Assembly (NCBI GenBank): GCA_035308185.1
Contig: DATGHG010000186.1
Location: 1-60,622 of the forward strand
DNA length: 60,622 nucleotides
Source: Thermoanaerobaculia bacterium
GTDB lineage: Bacteria > Acidobacteriota > Thermoanaerobaculia > Multivoradales > UBA5704
Direction of reading: 5' to 3'
Shown: piece by piece, positions 1 through 7,613 of the stretch
How the letters are laid out: the number at the start of each line of letters is the position of its first letter
How positions within the stretch are numbered: the first letter of the stretch is position 1
Program-made: the position numbers and the translations under genes
Notes under the pieces: generated by a model
The model's database searches: none
Told to the model about the DNA's origin: nothing
The model's input: only the letters and a program-made list of their open reading frames with translations

Positions 1-186
1 GCGGCATCATCATCGTGCCGCCACCGTCCCCGCCACCTCCGCGACCTGGAGCGGCACTGACGCTTCGGGGGCTCGTCGTCGGCCAGCTGGCGGCTCGAGC
101 GTGCAGCCAGCGGCCGCTGGCGCACTTCGTCGCGCGCACCAGAGAAGGGGCGTAACCACCAACCGGCTGGCGTGGCCTCGGGCCGT

Positions 187-363
187 TCAGTCAGCGAGCC
201 GCGCCGCCGGGTTGGAGAGCGCAGCGCCGGCCTGGTGGTAGCCGGAGAGAGCCATCGCGTCGCCGAGGCTGACGCCCTGGCGGCCGGCGGTGGTGACGAA
301 GCCTGAGCGCAGGCTGTGGCCGCCAAACTCCCGCGCGTCGTAGCCGGCCAGGGCCGGCGCTCT
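187..363 (-). pseudogene. Tyrosine recombinase (phage-type integrase) C-terminal remnant, about 58 codons, with no N-terminal part
   Basis: Not in the ORF track. The minus-strand translation reads RAPALAGYDAREFGGHSLRSGFVTTAGRQGVSLGDAMALSGYHQAGAALSNPAARLAD*. This resembles the box-II region of tyrosine recombinases (GHSLRxGFxT....G.....M..SGH), but the catalytic-Tyr segment and everything upstream are missing. It starts directly after the TGA of ORF 364..954. Confidence 0.45.
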
Positions 364-954
364 TCAGAGCGCGGGCTTGCCGTCAGCCTTGACGTCCTTG
401 ACCGGCTTCCAACGAGCTGCCGCCAGGTCCTGGAGGGAGATCCGCCAAAGTCCATCCGCCGCAATCCGGCCGCCGAGCCAGAGCTCGTCGGCACCGAGCG
501 CGGCCGTCATCGGACCGGACGAAACCGTCAGCCCATCAAGCAACACCCGCTCGAGGACGTTCTGCGAGGGATCGAAGCGATCGAGAGCGAGCCCGTCGAC
601 GGTCGAGACGACGAGATAGAGAACGCTCTCTCGCGGCCCACAGAGAAGCGCCCGCACGACCCCACGGGGAACCGTCCTCGGCGGGGATCCCTTCTTCTCG
701 AGCTTCTGCCACTCCACTTCGCCACTGCCGACGACGATCTCTCGCTCCGGCTTCTCGGAGGCGGAGAGTTTTTGCAGCCGGTAGCTGTTCCAGGAGGCGA
801 GCCAGATCGCGTCTTTCGGCCCGGTACAGATCAGGAAGTCGGTTTGGGCCTTGATCTGAGCCATCGCGACGAGATCACCCAATTCGACCCTGGCGGGCGT
901 TGCTCCTTGACGAAGTCGCAAAGCCCGAGTTCGTCCGGTGAGCCCACGACCCAT
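364..954 (-). CDS. Hypothetical protein. Either the C-terminal part of a frameshifted secreted protein or a separate ORF starting at ATG 864
   Basis: The track ORF is 196 aa. From ...VELGDLVAMAQIKAQTDFLICTGPKDAIWLASWNSYRLQKL... onward the composition looks like a real protein. The first ~30 aa are Arg-rich and look out of frame. It overlaps ORF 831..1280 in a different frame. Confidence 0.5.
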   Translation of the reverse strand: MGRGLTGRTRALRLRQGATPARVELGDLVAMAQIKAQTDFLICTGPKDAIWLASWNSYRLQKLSASEKPEREIVVGSGEVEWQKLEKKGSPPRTVPRGVVRALLCGPRESVLYLVVSTVDGLALDRFDPSQNVLERVLLDGLTVSSGPMTAALGADELWLGGRIAADGLWRISLQDLAAARWKPVKDVKADGKPAL

Positions 955-1280
955 TTCGACCCACTAGGGTCCATGGCCGCGGCGTAGGCGGAATCGGTGG
1001 CGAGGGCGCAGGCCAGCTTGCCCAAACGGTGATCGAAGACGGCGCCCGCGCCCAGGCTAAAGACCTCCAGGGTATCCCCCCGCAGGAGGAAGGGATGCCC
1101 CTTGCTGTCGGCAGCGAGAAACTGAGTCGCGTTGGCGGCGGTAGCGGTCGCCTCGACCCGGGTTAGGCGAAGCTTCTCGTAGCCCGTGGCGCCGGCTGCT
1201 TGGGGCTCTGATCTGGCTCCGGACGGGAGCGCCAGAGACGCGCAGAGGAGGAGGGCCGCGTATCGCATGCGCATGTTCAT
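831..1280 (-). CDS. Secreted hypothetical protein, N-terminal part with signal peptide
   Basis: MNMRMRYAALLLCASLALPSGARSEP is a typical Sec signal. The body composition is plausible up to ...GLCDFVKEQ, after which the tail turns into RPPGSNWVISSRWLRSRPKPTS, which looks like frameshifted sequence. Confidence 0.55.
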   Translation of the reverse strand: MNMRMRYAALLLCASLALPSGARSEPQAAGATGYEKLRLTRVEATATAANATQFLAADSKGHPFLLRGDTLEVFSLGAGAVFDHRLGKLACALATDSAYAAAMDPSGSKWVVGSPDELGLCDFVKEQRPPGSNWVISSRWLRSRPKPTS

Positions 1281-1289
1281 AGCCCTGCC

Positions 1290-1445
1290 TTAAACCCCGC
1301 AGATCTGGGTGCAAACGCAATCAATCGTACCGTCGTTGAATACGCAGCATGTGCAGCAGGTGTAGCAGACAATGCCGCGGTCAGAGCCGACTCCACAATG
1401 GTTGGTGCAAGGCCCCGCACTTGCCGGGACGGCTCGTAGGGCCAA
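1290..1445 (-). CDS. Small cysteine-rich peptide, 51 codons, TTG start
   Basis: Not in the ORF track. My own translation is (M)ALRAVPASAGPCTNHCGVGSDRGIVCYTCCTCCVFNDGTIDCVCTQICGV*, with 10 Cys. The sequence AAGAGGGA lies 6 nt upstream of the TTG. The TAA stop is 9 nt before the ATG of the downstream gene. GC3 is about 67% in this frame versus about 51% in the competing ATG frame. Confidence 0.4.
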   Translation of the reverse strand: MALRAVPASAGPCTNHCGVGSDRGIVCYTCCTCCVFNDGTIDCVCTQICGV

Positions 1446-1468
1446 CCCATCCCTCTTGAGGCTTCGTT

Positions 1469-1771
1469 CTATCCGGGCAGCTTGACCGCGAGGATGTCGA
1501 TCTTCTCGATGGACGGAGGCTGCGCGAGGAGCTCCGCCGCACTCGCCATCAGCGCCGCGGCGACGCGCCCGCCGAGATGGGCCTGGCGGCCCGCGTCGTC
1601 GGCGAAGGTGTCGAAGATGCCGAAGGTCGAGGGTCCAAGCTGAGTCGCATACCAGGTGATGGTCCCCGGCTCGTCTTCGACGATCGCCAGGCCGCCGCGA
1701 AGGAAGTTGGCGACGTCCTGCTCTTTCCCGGGTTTCGCTTCCAAACGGACCAGCAGCCCCACCTTGACCAT
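1469..1771 (-). CDS. ABM-domain (antibiotic biosynthesis monooxygenase-like) protein, 100 aa
   Basis: ATG at 1771 is preceded by GGGAGGA. MVKVGLLVRLEAKPGKEQDVANFL...WYATQLGPSTFGIFDTFADDAGRQAHL fits the ABM ferredoxin-like family. The longer track ORF (to 2032) has an Arg/Pro shadow N-terminus. Confidence 0.75.
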   Translation of the reverse strand: MVKVGLLVRLEAKPGKEQDVANFLRGGLAIVEDEPGTITWYATQLGPSTFGIFDTFADDAGRQAHLGGRVAAALMASAAELLAQPPSIEKIDILAVKLPG

Positions 1772-1868
1772 GAGCTGATTCCTCCCTGTGTCGAGCTCTC
1801 TGCGAGGGCCTGGGCGGGACGGCGCCGCCACTCCCGCGGCAGGCCCGGAGACGCTAGGCCCGAGGCTA

Positions 1869-3317
1869 TCACCTCTTGGGGCCGCGAGCAGGGACGCCGG
1901 CGGCGACGTAGCCCAGCGCCGCCAGCGCCGCGGTCGCTTCGTCGCCGAAAGCGGCGGCCGGCCCGAGGCGGTTCGGTGCGGCCGCCAGCTGTGCCTCCCG
2001 CCGCTGCTCGAGATAGGCGGCGACGTCCGCATGGCCAGCCGATACGTCCCGCGTCTCGCCGGGATCGCGGGCGAGATCGAAGAGGTGGCTGCGAATCAGC
2101 TTCCAGCGCCGGCTGCGGATGGCCGCCACGCCCCCGCCGTCGAGGTTGCTCACCGCCAGCCGTTCCGGCTCGGGCCGGCGCAGCGCCAGGGGCGTCAGGT
2201 CGAGACCCGCGAAGCCGCCGGGCGACGGCACGCCCAGCACCGCCAGCACGGTCGGTGCGACGTCGATGCCGCGCACCTGCTCCGGCACGGTCTCGCCGCC
2301 GTGCGCACCGCCCGGATACTTGATCAGCAGCGGCACGCGCAGCAGCTCGTCGTAGAGAGTGTGCGAGTGCCATCCCACCTGGCCGTGCTCGCCGAACTCC
2401 TCGCCGTGATCGGAGGTGAAGACGATCGCGGTCGAGTCGTACAGGCCATGTTGCCGGAGAAACGCGACCAGGCCGCCGAAATCGTCGTCCATGGCGCGGA
2501 TCTGGGCGTCGTAGGTGGCCACCACGTGCCGCAGGTCGGCGGCGTCCAGACGCAGGAAGCCTTCGTTGATCCCGGCGAGCACCTCCAGCGGCGTTTGATC
2601 GGCCGGCAGCCGTCCGTGATAGCTCGCGCCTTCGATCATCGCCAGGTGCTGCCGGTCCGGGGTGTAGGGATGATGCACCTGGTAGGTGTGGAGGAACAGG
2701 AAAAACGGTGCGCCGGGGTGCCGCTGCAGCCAGAGGATCGCGGGCGCCACCTGGTTTGCCAGCCTCGCGGTGCCGGGGCCGACCTTGGCGGATCGGTAGC
2801 GCTCGAAGCCGCGTCCGAGCCCGAATTCCGGACCGATCTGGCCGCCCTCGTTGAACGAGAGCGTGCGGAAGCCATGAGCGAGCAGGACCTGGGCCAGCGT
2901 CTCCACGCCGGAAGCCAGCGCGGTGCCGCGCTTGTACGACGCGCCGTGCTGCGGCAGCAGCAGCGAGGTCAGCATCGAGGCGTGGGACGCCAGCGTCGAG
3001 GGCGCCTGGGCGATGGCCGTGGCGAAGAGCACCGCGTCGCGGCGAAAGCGATCCAGCTGGGGAGTGGTGGGGAAGCGGTAGCCGTAGCAGCCGAGGTGAT
3101 CGGCGCGCAGCGTGTCGATCGAGATCAGGATGCAGCCGCGGGCCGCGGGCGTGGCCGGCGGCATGGGCAGGCCACCGGCAAGCAGGCTCGCCACGCCGCC
3201 GGCAAGCAGAGCGAGACCGAGCAGGGCGGCGCTCGCGTTGCGGGCGATGCCGACCGGCAAGCGTTGCCGGATCGCTCGCGCGCCACGCATCAGCACCACG
3301 GCTCGTCGGGCGCTCAT
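1869..3317 (-). CDS. Sulfatase-like hydrolase/transferase (alkaline phosphatase superfamily), membrane-anchored
   Basis: Motifs ILISIDTLRADHLGCYGY, APSTLASHASMLT and FTSDHGEEFGEHG, with an N-terminal TM segment. The start lies 1 nt after the stop of the upstream gene. Confidence 0.9.
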   Translation of the reverse strand: MSARRAVVLMRGARAIRQRLPVGIARNASAALLGLALLAGGVASLLAGGLPMPPATPAARGCILISIDTLRADHLGCYGYRFPTTPQLDRFRRDAVLFATAIAQAPSTLASHASMLTSLLLPQHGASYKRGTALASGVETLAQVLLAHGFRTLSFNEGGQIGPEFGLGRGFERYRSAKVGPGTARLANQVAPAILWLQRHPGAPFFLFLHTYQVHHPYTPDRQHLAMIEGASYHGRLPADQTPLEVLAGINEGFLRLDAADLRHVVATYDAQIRAMDDDFGGLVAFLRQHGLYDSTAIVFTSDHGEEFGEHGQVGWHSHTLYDELLRVPLLIKYPGGAHGGETVPEQVRGIDVAPTVLAVLGVPSPGGFAGLDLTPLALRRPEPERLAVSNLDGGGVAAIRSRRWKLIRSHLFDLARDPGETRDVSAGHADVAAYLEQRREAQLAAAPNRLGPAAAFGDEATAALAALGYVAAGVPARGPKR

Positions 3318-3318
3318 C

Positions 3319-4119
3319 TCAGTTCAGCCACGGCCCGCGGGCGCCGTCTCCCTGTCCCTTGATCACGCGCAGGCCGCGCCGACGCTTGGCGCGGTCGAGC
3401 TTGCGCTGCAACCACCAGCGCTCGACGCGCAGGCGGGTCTGGCGCAGGCCGCGGCCGAAGCCGCCGTCGCGGACGTAGAGGTAGCTCAACCCCACGGCGG
3501 CGCAGATTCCGAGCAAGCCCCCCAGGTCGTGGGTGGCCAGGAAGGCGACGAACGCGAACAGGATCTCGAGCCCCAAGAAATAGCGCGCCTCGATCGGCAG
3601 CACGAAGAACAGCATGATGGTGGCGCGGCGGTTGGCGGTGGCGAAGGCGGCGACCAGGATGGCGAGCAGCACCCGCTGGCCCTGGAGCAGCGGGAAGTAG
3701 GCAGGCAGCGGCAGCAGGTTCGCACGGCCCTCCTGCAGCCCCTGCACCAGCAGGGCGACGGCGCCGGCCAGCGCCGAGGTGATCAGCAGCAGCCGCCAGA
3801 AATGCTTCCGCCCCAGGCCGCCGTAGACGTCGCGGCCGAACATGAAGAGGATCAGCAGCTCGAGGAGGAACCAGAGGTTGGGGCTGCCATAGCCGACGAA
3901 CGGGTAGGTGAGCAGCTGCCAGACGAAGCCCAGGCGCCAGGCGAGCGGCGTCAGGCGGAGCAGCTCCGGCACGATCCGGGTGGCGTCGAAGAACTGCAAG
4001 GTGAAAGTGACGAAGAGCGTGACGAGGATGATCAGCAGATCGGGCGGCGGCGCGCCCCAGGGGCCGCCCAGCCCTCCCAGGGCGACGCGCCGGCCGTAGA
4101 CGGGGTCTCTGGGGTTCAT
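3319..4119 (-). CDS. Polytopic membrane protein, divergent rhomboid-like
   Basis: About 6 TM helices. WQLLTYPFVGY...LLILFMFGRDVYGGLG, ITSALAGAV and ATHDLGGLLGICAAVG resemble the rhomboid WR/GxSG/HxxGG layout by eye. Catalytic competence is uncertain. Confidence 0.5.
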   Translation of the reverse strand: MNPRDPVYGRRVALGGLGGPWGAPPPDLLIILVTLFVTFTLQFFDATRIVPELLRLTPLAWRLGFVWQLLTYPFVGYGSPNLWFLLELLILFMFGRDVYGGLGRKHFWRLLLITSALAGAVALLVQGLQEGRANLLPLPAYFPLLQGQRVLLAILVAAFATANRRATIMLFFVLPIEARYFLGLEILFAFVAFLATHDLGGLLGICAAVGLSYLYVRDGGFGRGLRQTRLRVERWWLQRKLDRAKRRRGLRVIKGQGDGARGPWLN

Positions 4120-4134
4120 CGCCGGATCTCGATC

Positions 4135-5568
4135 TCAGGCATGGCGCACCCAGCGCCAGATCTCCTGCAGGGTCGGCTTCTTGCCATACATCAGGATGCC
4201 GACCCGGTAGACGCGGGCGCAGACCCAGATCATGACGGCGATGGCCGCCGCACACAGTCCGTAGGCCGCCAGCAGCTGCCAGAGCGGCGGCATGCGGGTG
4301 GCGATGCGCAGCATCATCACCAGCGGTGTGAGCGGCGGCACCAGCGACAGCCCGACCGACAGGGCGGAGTCCGGATCGTTGATGATCTGCACCATGAAGA
4401 CCGCCGGCGCGACGACGAAGATCGCCGGCAGGCCGGCCAGCTGCTGCGCCTCCTGCAGGCTGTTGAAGGCGGCGCCGAGCATGGCGTAGAAGGTCGCGAA
4501 GAGGAAGAAGCCGCAGAGGAAGAGCAGGAAGAAGTTCAGCCACAGCGCCGGATGCAGCACCGGCAGCGCCAGCTCCGGCGGCATCGCCACCATCGCCGCC
4601 AGCAGCCCGGGAGCGGTCAGCACCGCCAGGGCCGCCGCCCAGATCGCCATCTGCGTCAGCGCCACCAGGCAGATGCCGCCGAGCTTGCCGAGCATCAGCT
4701 CGGTCGGCTTGACCGCCGCCGAGAGCACCTCGATGATGCGGGAGCCCTTCTCCTCGAGCACTCCCTGCATCACCTGATTGCCGTAGATCAGGATGCCCAT
4801 GTAGAGCATGAAGAACAGCACGAAGGCCAGGAAGAAGCCGGCGGCGCCGCCTTCCGCCCGGCTGCCGGTGGCGGAGATGCGCACCGTCTGCACCGCGAGC
4901 GGGTGGACCAGCGCGTCGATCTTCGCCGCGTCGAGGCCGGCCTGGCGCAGCCGCCAGCGGCCCACCACCTCGGAGACCCGGCGCTCGAGCGCCTCCTGGG
5001 TGATGACGTTCGACAGGCTCTCGGCGTGATACTCGAAGCGGTTGGCGGCGAGGCCGTCGCGATCGAGCCGGATCCAGGCGCCGATCTCGCGCCGCTGCGC
5101 CATGGCGTCGAGCTCCCGGTGCCCGGCGGCGGTCCTGCCCGGTTCCTGCACCAGCAGGCGAACGCTGAAGTGAACGTGGCCCGCGCCGCCCCGCCGGCCC
5201 CCGCCGGCCGCGCCGCCGGTCCTGGCGCCGGGCTCGCCGGGGGCCGTCTTGGTGTCCGGCTGGGCGCCGGTCACATTGGCGCCGTGCTCGCCGCCGGTGT
5301 TCATGGCGCCCGGCTGGGCGCCGGGCGTGGCGGCAGCGGGTTCGCCGGCCTCGAGCGCGGCTTTCAGCTCGCGGCCGAGGCCGGTGCCGGTCGCGTCCAC
5401 GATCGCCAGCCGCTGCTCGGTGCTGGTCTTCGACATCAGCAGCGACGGCCCCAGCACCAGCGCGCCGATGAACGCCGGGACGGCGACGGTGGCGATCCAG
5501 AAACCCTTGGTGCGGATGCGCGCCAGGTACTCGCGCTTGCCGATGATCACGGCGTAGTCAAGCCGCAT
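4135..5568 (-). CDS. ABC-2 type transporter permease (NatB-like)
   Basis: It has an N-terminal TM helix, a large extracytoplasmic loop and a C-terminal bundle of 5-6 TM helices. It overlaps the stop of the upstream ATPase gene by 11 nt. Confidence 0.85.
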   Translation of the reverse strand: MRLDYAVIIGKREYLARIRTKGFWIATVAVPAFIGALVLGPSLLMSKTSTEQRLAIVDATGTGLGRELKAALEAGEPAAATPGAQPGAMNTGGEHGANVTGAQPDTKTAPGEPGARTGGAAGGGRRGGAGHVHFSVRLLVQEPGRTAAGHRELDAMAQRREIGAWIRLDRDGLAANRFEYHAESLSNVITQEALERRVSEVVGRWRLRQAGLDAAKIDALVHPLAVQTVRISATGSRAEGGAAGFFLAFVLFFMLYMGILIYGNQVMQGVLEEKGSRIIEVLSAAVKPTELMLGKLGGICLVALTQMAIWAAALAVLTAPGLLAAMVAMPPELALPVLHPALWLNFFLLFLCGFFLFATFYAMLGAAFNSLQEAQQLAGLPAIFVVAPAVFMVQIINDPDSALSVGLSLVPPLTPLVMMLRIATRMPPLWQLLAAYGLCAAAIAVMIWVCARVYRVGILMYGKKPTLQEIWRWVRHA

Positions 5569-6469
5569 CGCCCACCGCCTTGATGAAGATGTCCTCGAGG
5601 TCGGGCTCCTCGCTGCGGAACTCGCTCACCTCGAGGAACTCGACCAGCCGGCGCAGCAGCTGGGGGCCCGAGGCGCCGACTGCCAGCAGCAACCGCGCTC
5701 CGTCATCCCGCGGCAGCACGGCCTCGATGCCGGGCAGGGCCTTCACCCGCTCGAGGTCGGCGGGCGCGATCGGCGCCACCAGCCGGTAGGCGTTGCCGCT
5801 CGCCTGGCGCTTGATCTCCTTGAGCTCGCCATCCAGCACCAGGCGGCCGCGGGAGATCAGGCCGATGTGGTCGCACAGCTTCTCGGCCTGCGCCATGCCG
5901 TGGGTCGAGAAGAGGATGGTCCTACCCAGCCGGCGATACTCGAGCAGCAGGTCCTTGAACAGCCCCTGGTTGATCGGGTCGAGCCCCGAGAACGGCTCGT
6001 CGAGGATCAGGATCTCGGGCTGATGGAGCACGGTGCCGATGAGCTGCACTTTCTGCTGCATGCCCTTCGACAGCTCTTCGACCTTCTTCTGGCCCCAATC
6101 GGCGAGCTCGACCCGCGCCAGCCACTCCTCGACGGCGGGCAGCGCCTGCCGGCGCTTCATGCCGTGGATCTCCGCCAGGAAGAGCAGCTGGTCGATCACC
6201 GTCATCTTGCGGTAGAGGCCGCGCTCCTCCGGCAGGTAGCCGATGCGGCGCAGGTCGGCGGGCCGGCGAGGTCGCCCGAACAGCAGCACCTCGCCCGCAT
6301 CGGGGGCGAGGATGTCCATGATCATGCGCAGGGTGGTGGTCTTGCCCGCGCCGTTGGGCCCGAGCAGACCGAAGATCACGCCCGCCGGCACCGCCAGCGA
6401 CAGCCGGGCGACGGCCACGAAGTCGCCATAGCGTTTCTCCACGTTGCGCAGCTCGAGGCTGGCGGCCAT
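5558..6469 (-). CDS. ABC transporter ATP-binding protein
   Basis: Starts at MAASLELRNVEKRYG, preceded by GAGGAGGAAGGG. Walker A is GPNGAGKTT, the signature is LSKGMQQK and Walker B is ILILDEP. The long track ORF 5558..7861 upstream of this start is shadow sequence. Confidence 0.95.
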   Translation of the reverse strand: MAASLELRNVEKRYGDFVAVARLSLAVPAGVIFGLLGPNGAGKTTTLRMIMDILAPDAGEVLLFGRPRRPADLRRIGYLPEERGLYRKMTVIDQLLFLAEIHGMKRRQALPAVEEWLARVELADWGQKKVEELSKGMQQKVQLIGTVLHQPEILILDEPFSGLDPINQGLFKDLLLEYRRLGRTILFSTHGMAQAEKLCDHIGLISRGRLVLDGELKEIKRQASGNAYRLVAPIAPADLERVKALPGIEAVLPRDDGARLLLAVGASGPQLLRRLVEFLEVSEFRSEEPDLEDIFIKAVGDAA

Positions 6470-6631
6470 CCCTTCCTCCTCGGCACTCGTCAGGCACAGC
6501 TTACCAGGGCGCCCTCTGTCATACTGACGCAACTTTCTCCAGGATGCCGGCGTATGGGTGGTGAGACGCTGGCCAAGACTGCCTACCCGCAGGCCTGGAA
6601 TCTCGACGATTACCAAACCAGGAGGACTGTC

Positions 6632-7414
6632 ATGATCTCTCGCAAGACCCTCGCATTCGTGCTGCTCGGCGGCCTGGCCGCGGCGGCGCTCGCCGCCCAG
6701 ACCGCCGACGAGCTGGTCGAGAAGGCCATCCAGGCCAAGGGCGGCCGGGAGCGGATCAAGGCGGTGAAGACGATCCGCTTCACCGCCAAGATGACCATGG
6801 GCCAGGGGATGGAAGCCCCGGTGGTCATGGAGCTGGTGCCGCCCGAGCACAAGCTGCGGATGGAGTTCACCCTGCAGGGCATGACCGGCATCCAGGCCTA
6901 TGACGGCACCAACGGCTGGCAGATCATGCCGTTCATGGGCAAGACCGATCCCGAGGCGCTGAGCGGCGACGACCTCAAGGAGGCCAAGGAGAACGCCGAC
7001 CTGCTGGAGGGGCCGCTGTTCAATTACAAGGACAAGGGCAACAAGGTCGAGTACCTGGGCAAGGGCGACCTCGAAGGGACGCCGGTGCAGAAGCTCAAGC
7101 TGACCGAGAAGGACGGGGACGTCACCACCATCTACCTCGACGCCGACAGCTTCCTCGAGCTCAAGGACGAGACCACGCGCAGCGTCCGCGGCAAGGCGAC
7201 CGACATGGAGACCACCTTCGGCAACTACAAGCAGGTCGAGGGGCTGACCCTGGCGTACACCATCGAGACCAAGATCAAGGGTGCGCCCGCGCCGCAGCTG
7301 ATCACCCTCGACAAGGTCGAGGTGAACCCTGCCATCGCGGCCGGCCGCTTCGACATGCCGAAGGTCGAGAAGAAGCAGGAGGCGGCCAAGGACGCCGCGC
7401 CGCCCAAGCCCTGA
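6632..7414 (+). CDS. LolA-like outer-membrane lipoprotein-sorting family protein (secreted)
   Basis: AGGAGGA lies 6 nt upstream of ATG 6632. The signal peptide is MISRKTLAFVLLGGLAAAALAAQ. TADELVEKAIQAKGGRERIKAVKTIRF...QAYDGTNGWQIMPF matches the LolA-like family from memory. Confidence 0.65.
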   Translation: MISRKTLAFVLLGGLAAAALAAQTADELVEKAIQAKGGRERIKAVKTIRFTAKMTMGQGMEAPVVMELVPPEHKLRMEFTLQGMTGIQAYDGTNGWQIMPFMGKTDPEALSGDDLKEAKENADLLEGPLFNYKDKGNKVEYLGKGDLEGTPVQKLKLTEKDGDVTTIYLDADSFLELKDETTRSVRGKATDMETTFGNYKQVEGLTLAYTIETKIKGAPAPQLITLDKVEVNPAIAAGRFDMPKVEKKQEAAKDAAPPKP

Positions 7415-7613
7415 CCCTGGCGCGGCCCCGGCCCCGATGCCACGCGCCGGGCCGGCCGGGATGGCACGCGCCGGGCCGGCCGCGATGCCGCCACTGCTGC
7501 ACATGTCGTCGAGGTTTCCGATCGTGGACGGGTGGTCGCGCGCCGGCGCTGGCCGGCGGGCGGCGCCGCCCCGCCGTGGCGCTTGCCGCGGTTCGCAAGA
7601 AGGAGGGTTCGAG

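Noticed and set aside
3-155. Possible 3' end of a plus-strand gene (…VVGQLAARACSQRPLAHFVARTREGA*), or a minus-strand gene starting at ATGATGATG near nt 13
   Set aside because: It is too short and is truncated by the window edge. There is no motif to decide strand or frame.
1277-1450. Alternative 57-codon ATG ORF (MGWPYEPSRQVRGLAPTIVESALTAAL...) overlapping the Cys-rich ORF, with an ATGA overlap to the next gene
   Set aside because: GC3 is only about 51%, versus about 67% for the Cys-rich frame, and the product is featureless. It is kept as the main competing hypothesis rather than called as a feature.
3112-5583. 823-aa plus-strand ORF over the rhomboid-like and ABC-2 permease genes
   Set aside because: It has low-complexity Gln/Arg/Glu/Asp/His-rich sequence, and the minus-strand genes have family-level support.
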